From positions 315,237-379,236 of the forward strand of contig RDEW01000009.1 of NCBI GenBank assembly GCA_011109175.1: a stretch of DNA of 64,000 bases, in the 5' to 3' direction. This document shows positions 63,661 through 64,000 of the stretch, piece by piece (the first letter of the stretch is position 1; every line of letters begins with the position of its first letter). Both the position numbers and the translations under genes were made by a program. This DNA comes from Dicyema japonicum. Taxonomy: Eukaryota; Animalia; Dicyemida. The notes beneath the pieces were generated by a model. That model saw only the letters and a list, made by a program, of their open reading frames with translations, ran no database searches and had not been told where the DNA came from.

Positions 63661-64000
63661 ACTTTCACTAAATTATGGCTCGGGAATCTCTCTTACCTTC
63701 TTTAAGGAAAAAAACATCAAGTTCGTGGCATTTATTATATGAAGACAAATATAAAGATTCGTTGCTGTTTTCATGTCTATGTTTGGAGGAATTGTTCCAT
63801 CTATAAGCAATCTCTTAAGACGTTCCCTGACACAACTGAATAGTTGTTGCATCCATTTTTCAAAAAAATCATCAGACTCACAAATAGCTCCGAGACAACA
63901 AGCATAACGATATTTGCTGTTGAGGTCCAATAATCTCAATGGCTGAAGCATCTGGATGACCATGAACAAACAACTCAACATTTTCATGAAATTCTTTTAT

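Overview
AT-rich eukaryotic (animal) genomic DNA. Most of the window is decayed, often nested transposable elements: Ingi/Vingi-like, CRE-like, RTE, R4/Dong-like and Jockey/I-like non-LTR retrotransposons, pogo/Tigger and hAT DNA transposons, and two SINE-like families. Between them sit six very compact host genes that I spliced by hand: Pins/LGN (TPR plus 3 GoLoco), SET/TAF-I, a reduced tetraspanin, two HSBP1 paralogs and a basigin/neuroplastin-like Ig protein. Their 25 inferred introns are all GT-AG and 20-27 nt long, which points to a reduced parasitic animal such as a dicyemid or myxozoan (taxon not determinable here). A 28S rRNA pseudogene fragment is also present. The most notable signal is a ~63-nt covarying RNA motif with the helix order of an HDV-like double pseudoknot but a non-canonical core. 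It forms the 5' end of LINE copies that also carry relic 2A/StopGo motifs before the endonuclease, and of a 236-bp non-autonomous element sharing the LINE 3' end. This parallels the trypanosomatid L1Tc/ingi plus NARTc/RIME/SIDER system. Three host genes each need one single-base indel at a simple repeat, probably long-read assembly errors. All calls come from manual reading; no database search was run, and TE boundaries are approximate unless TIRs or TSDs are quoted.
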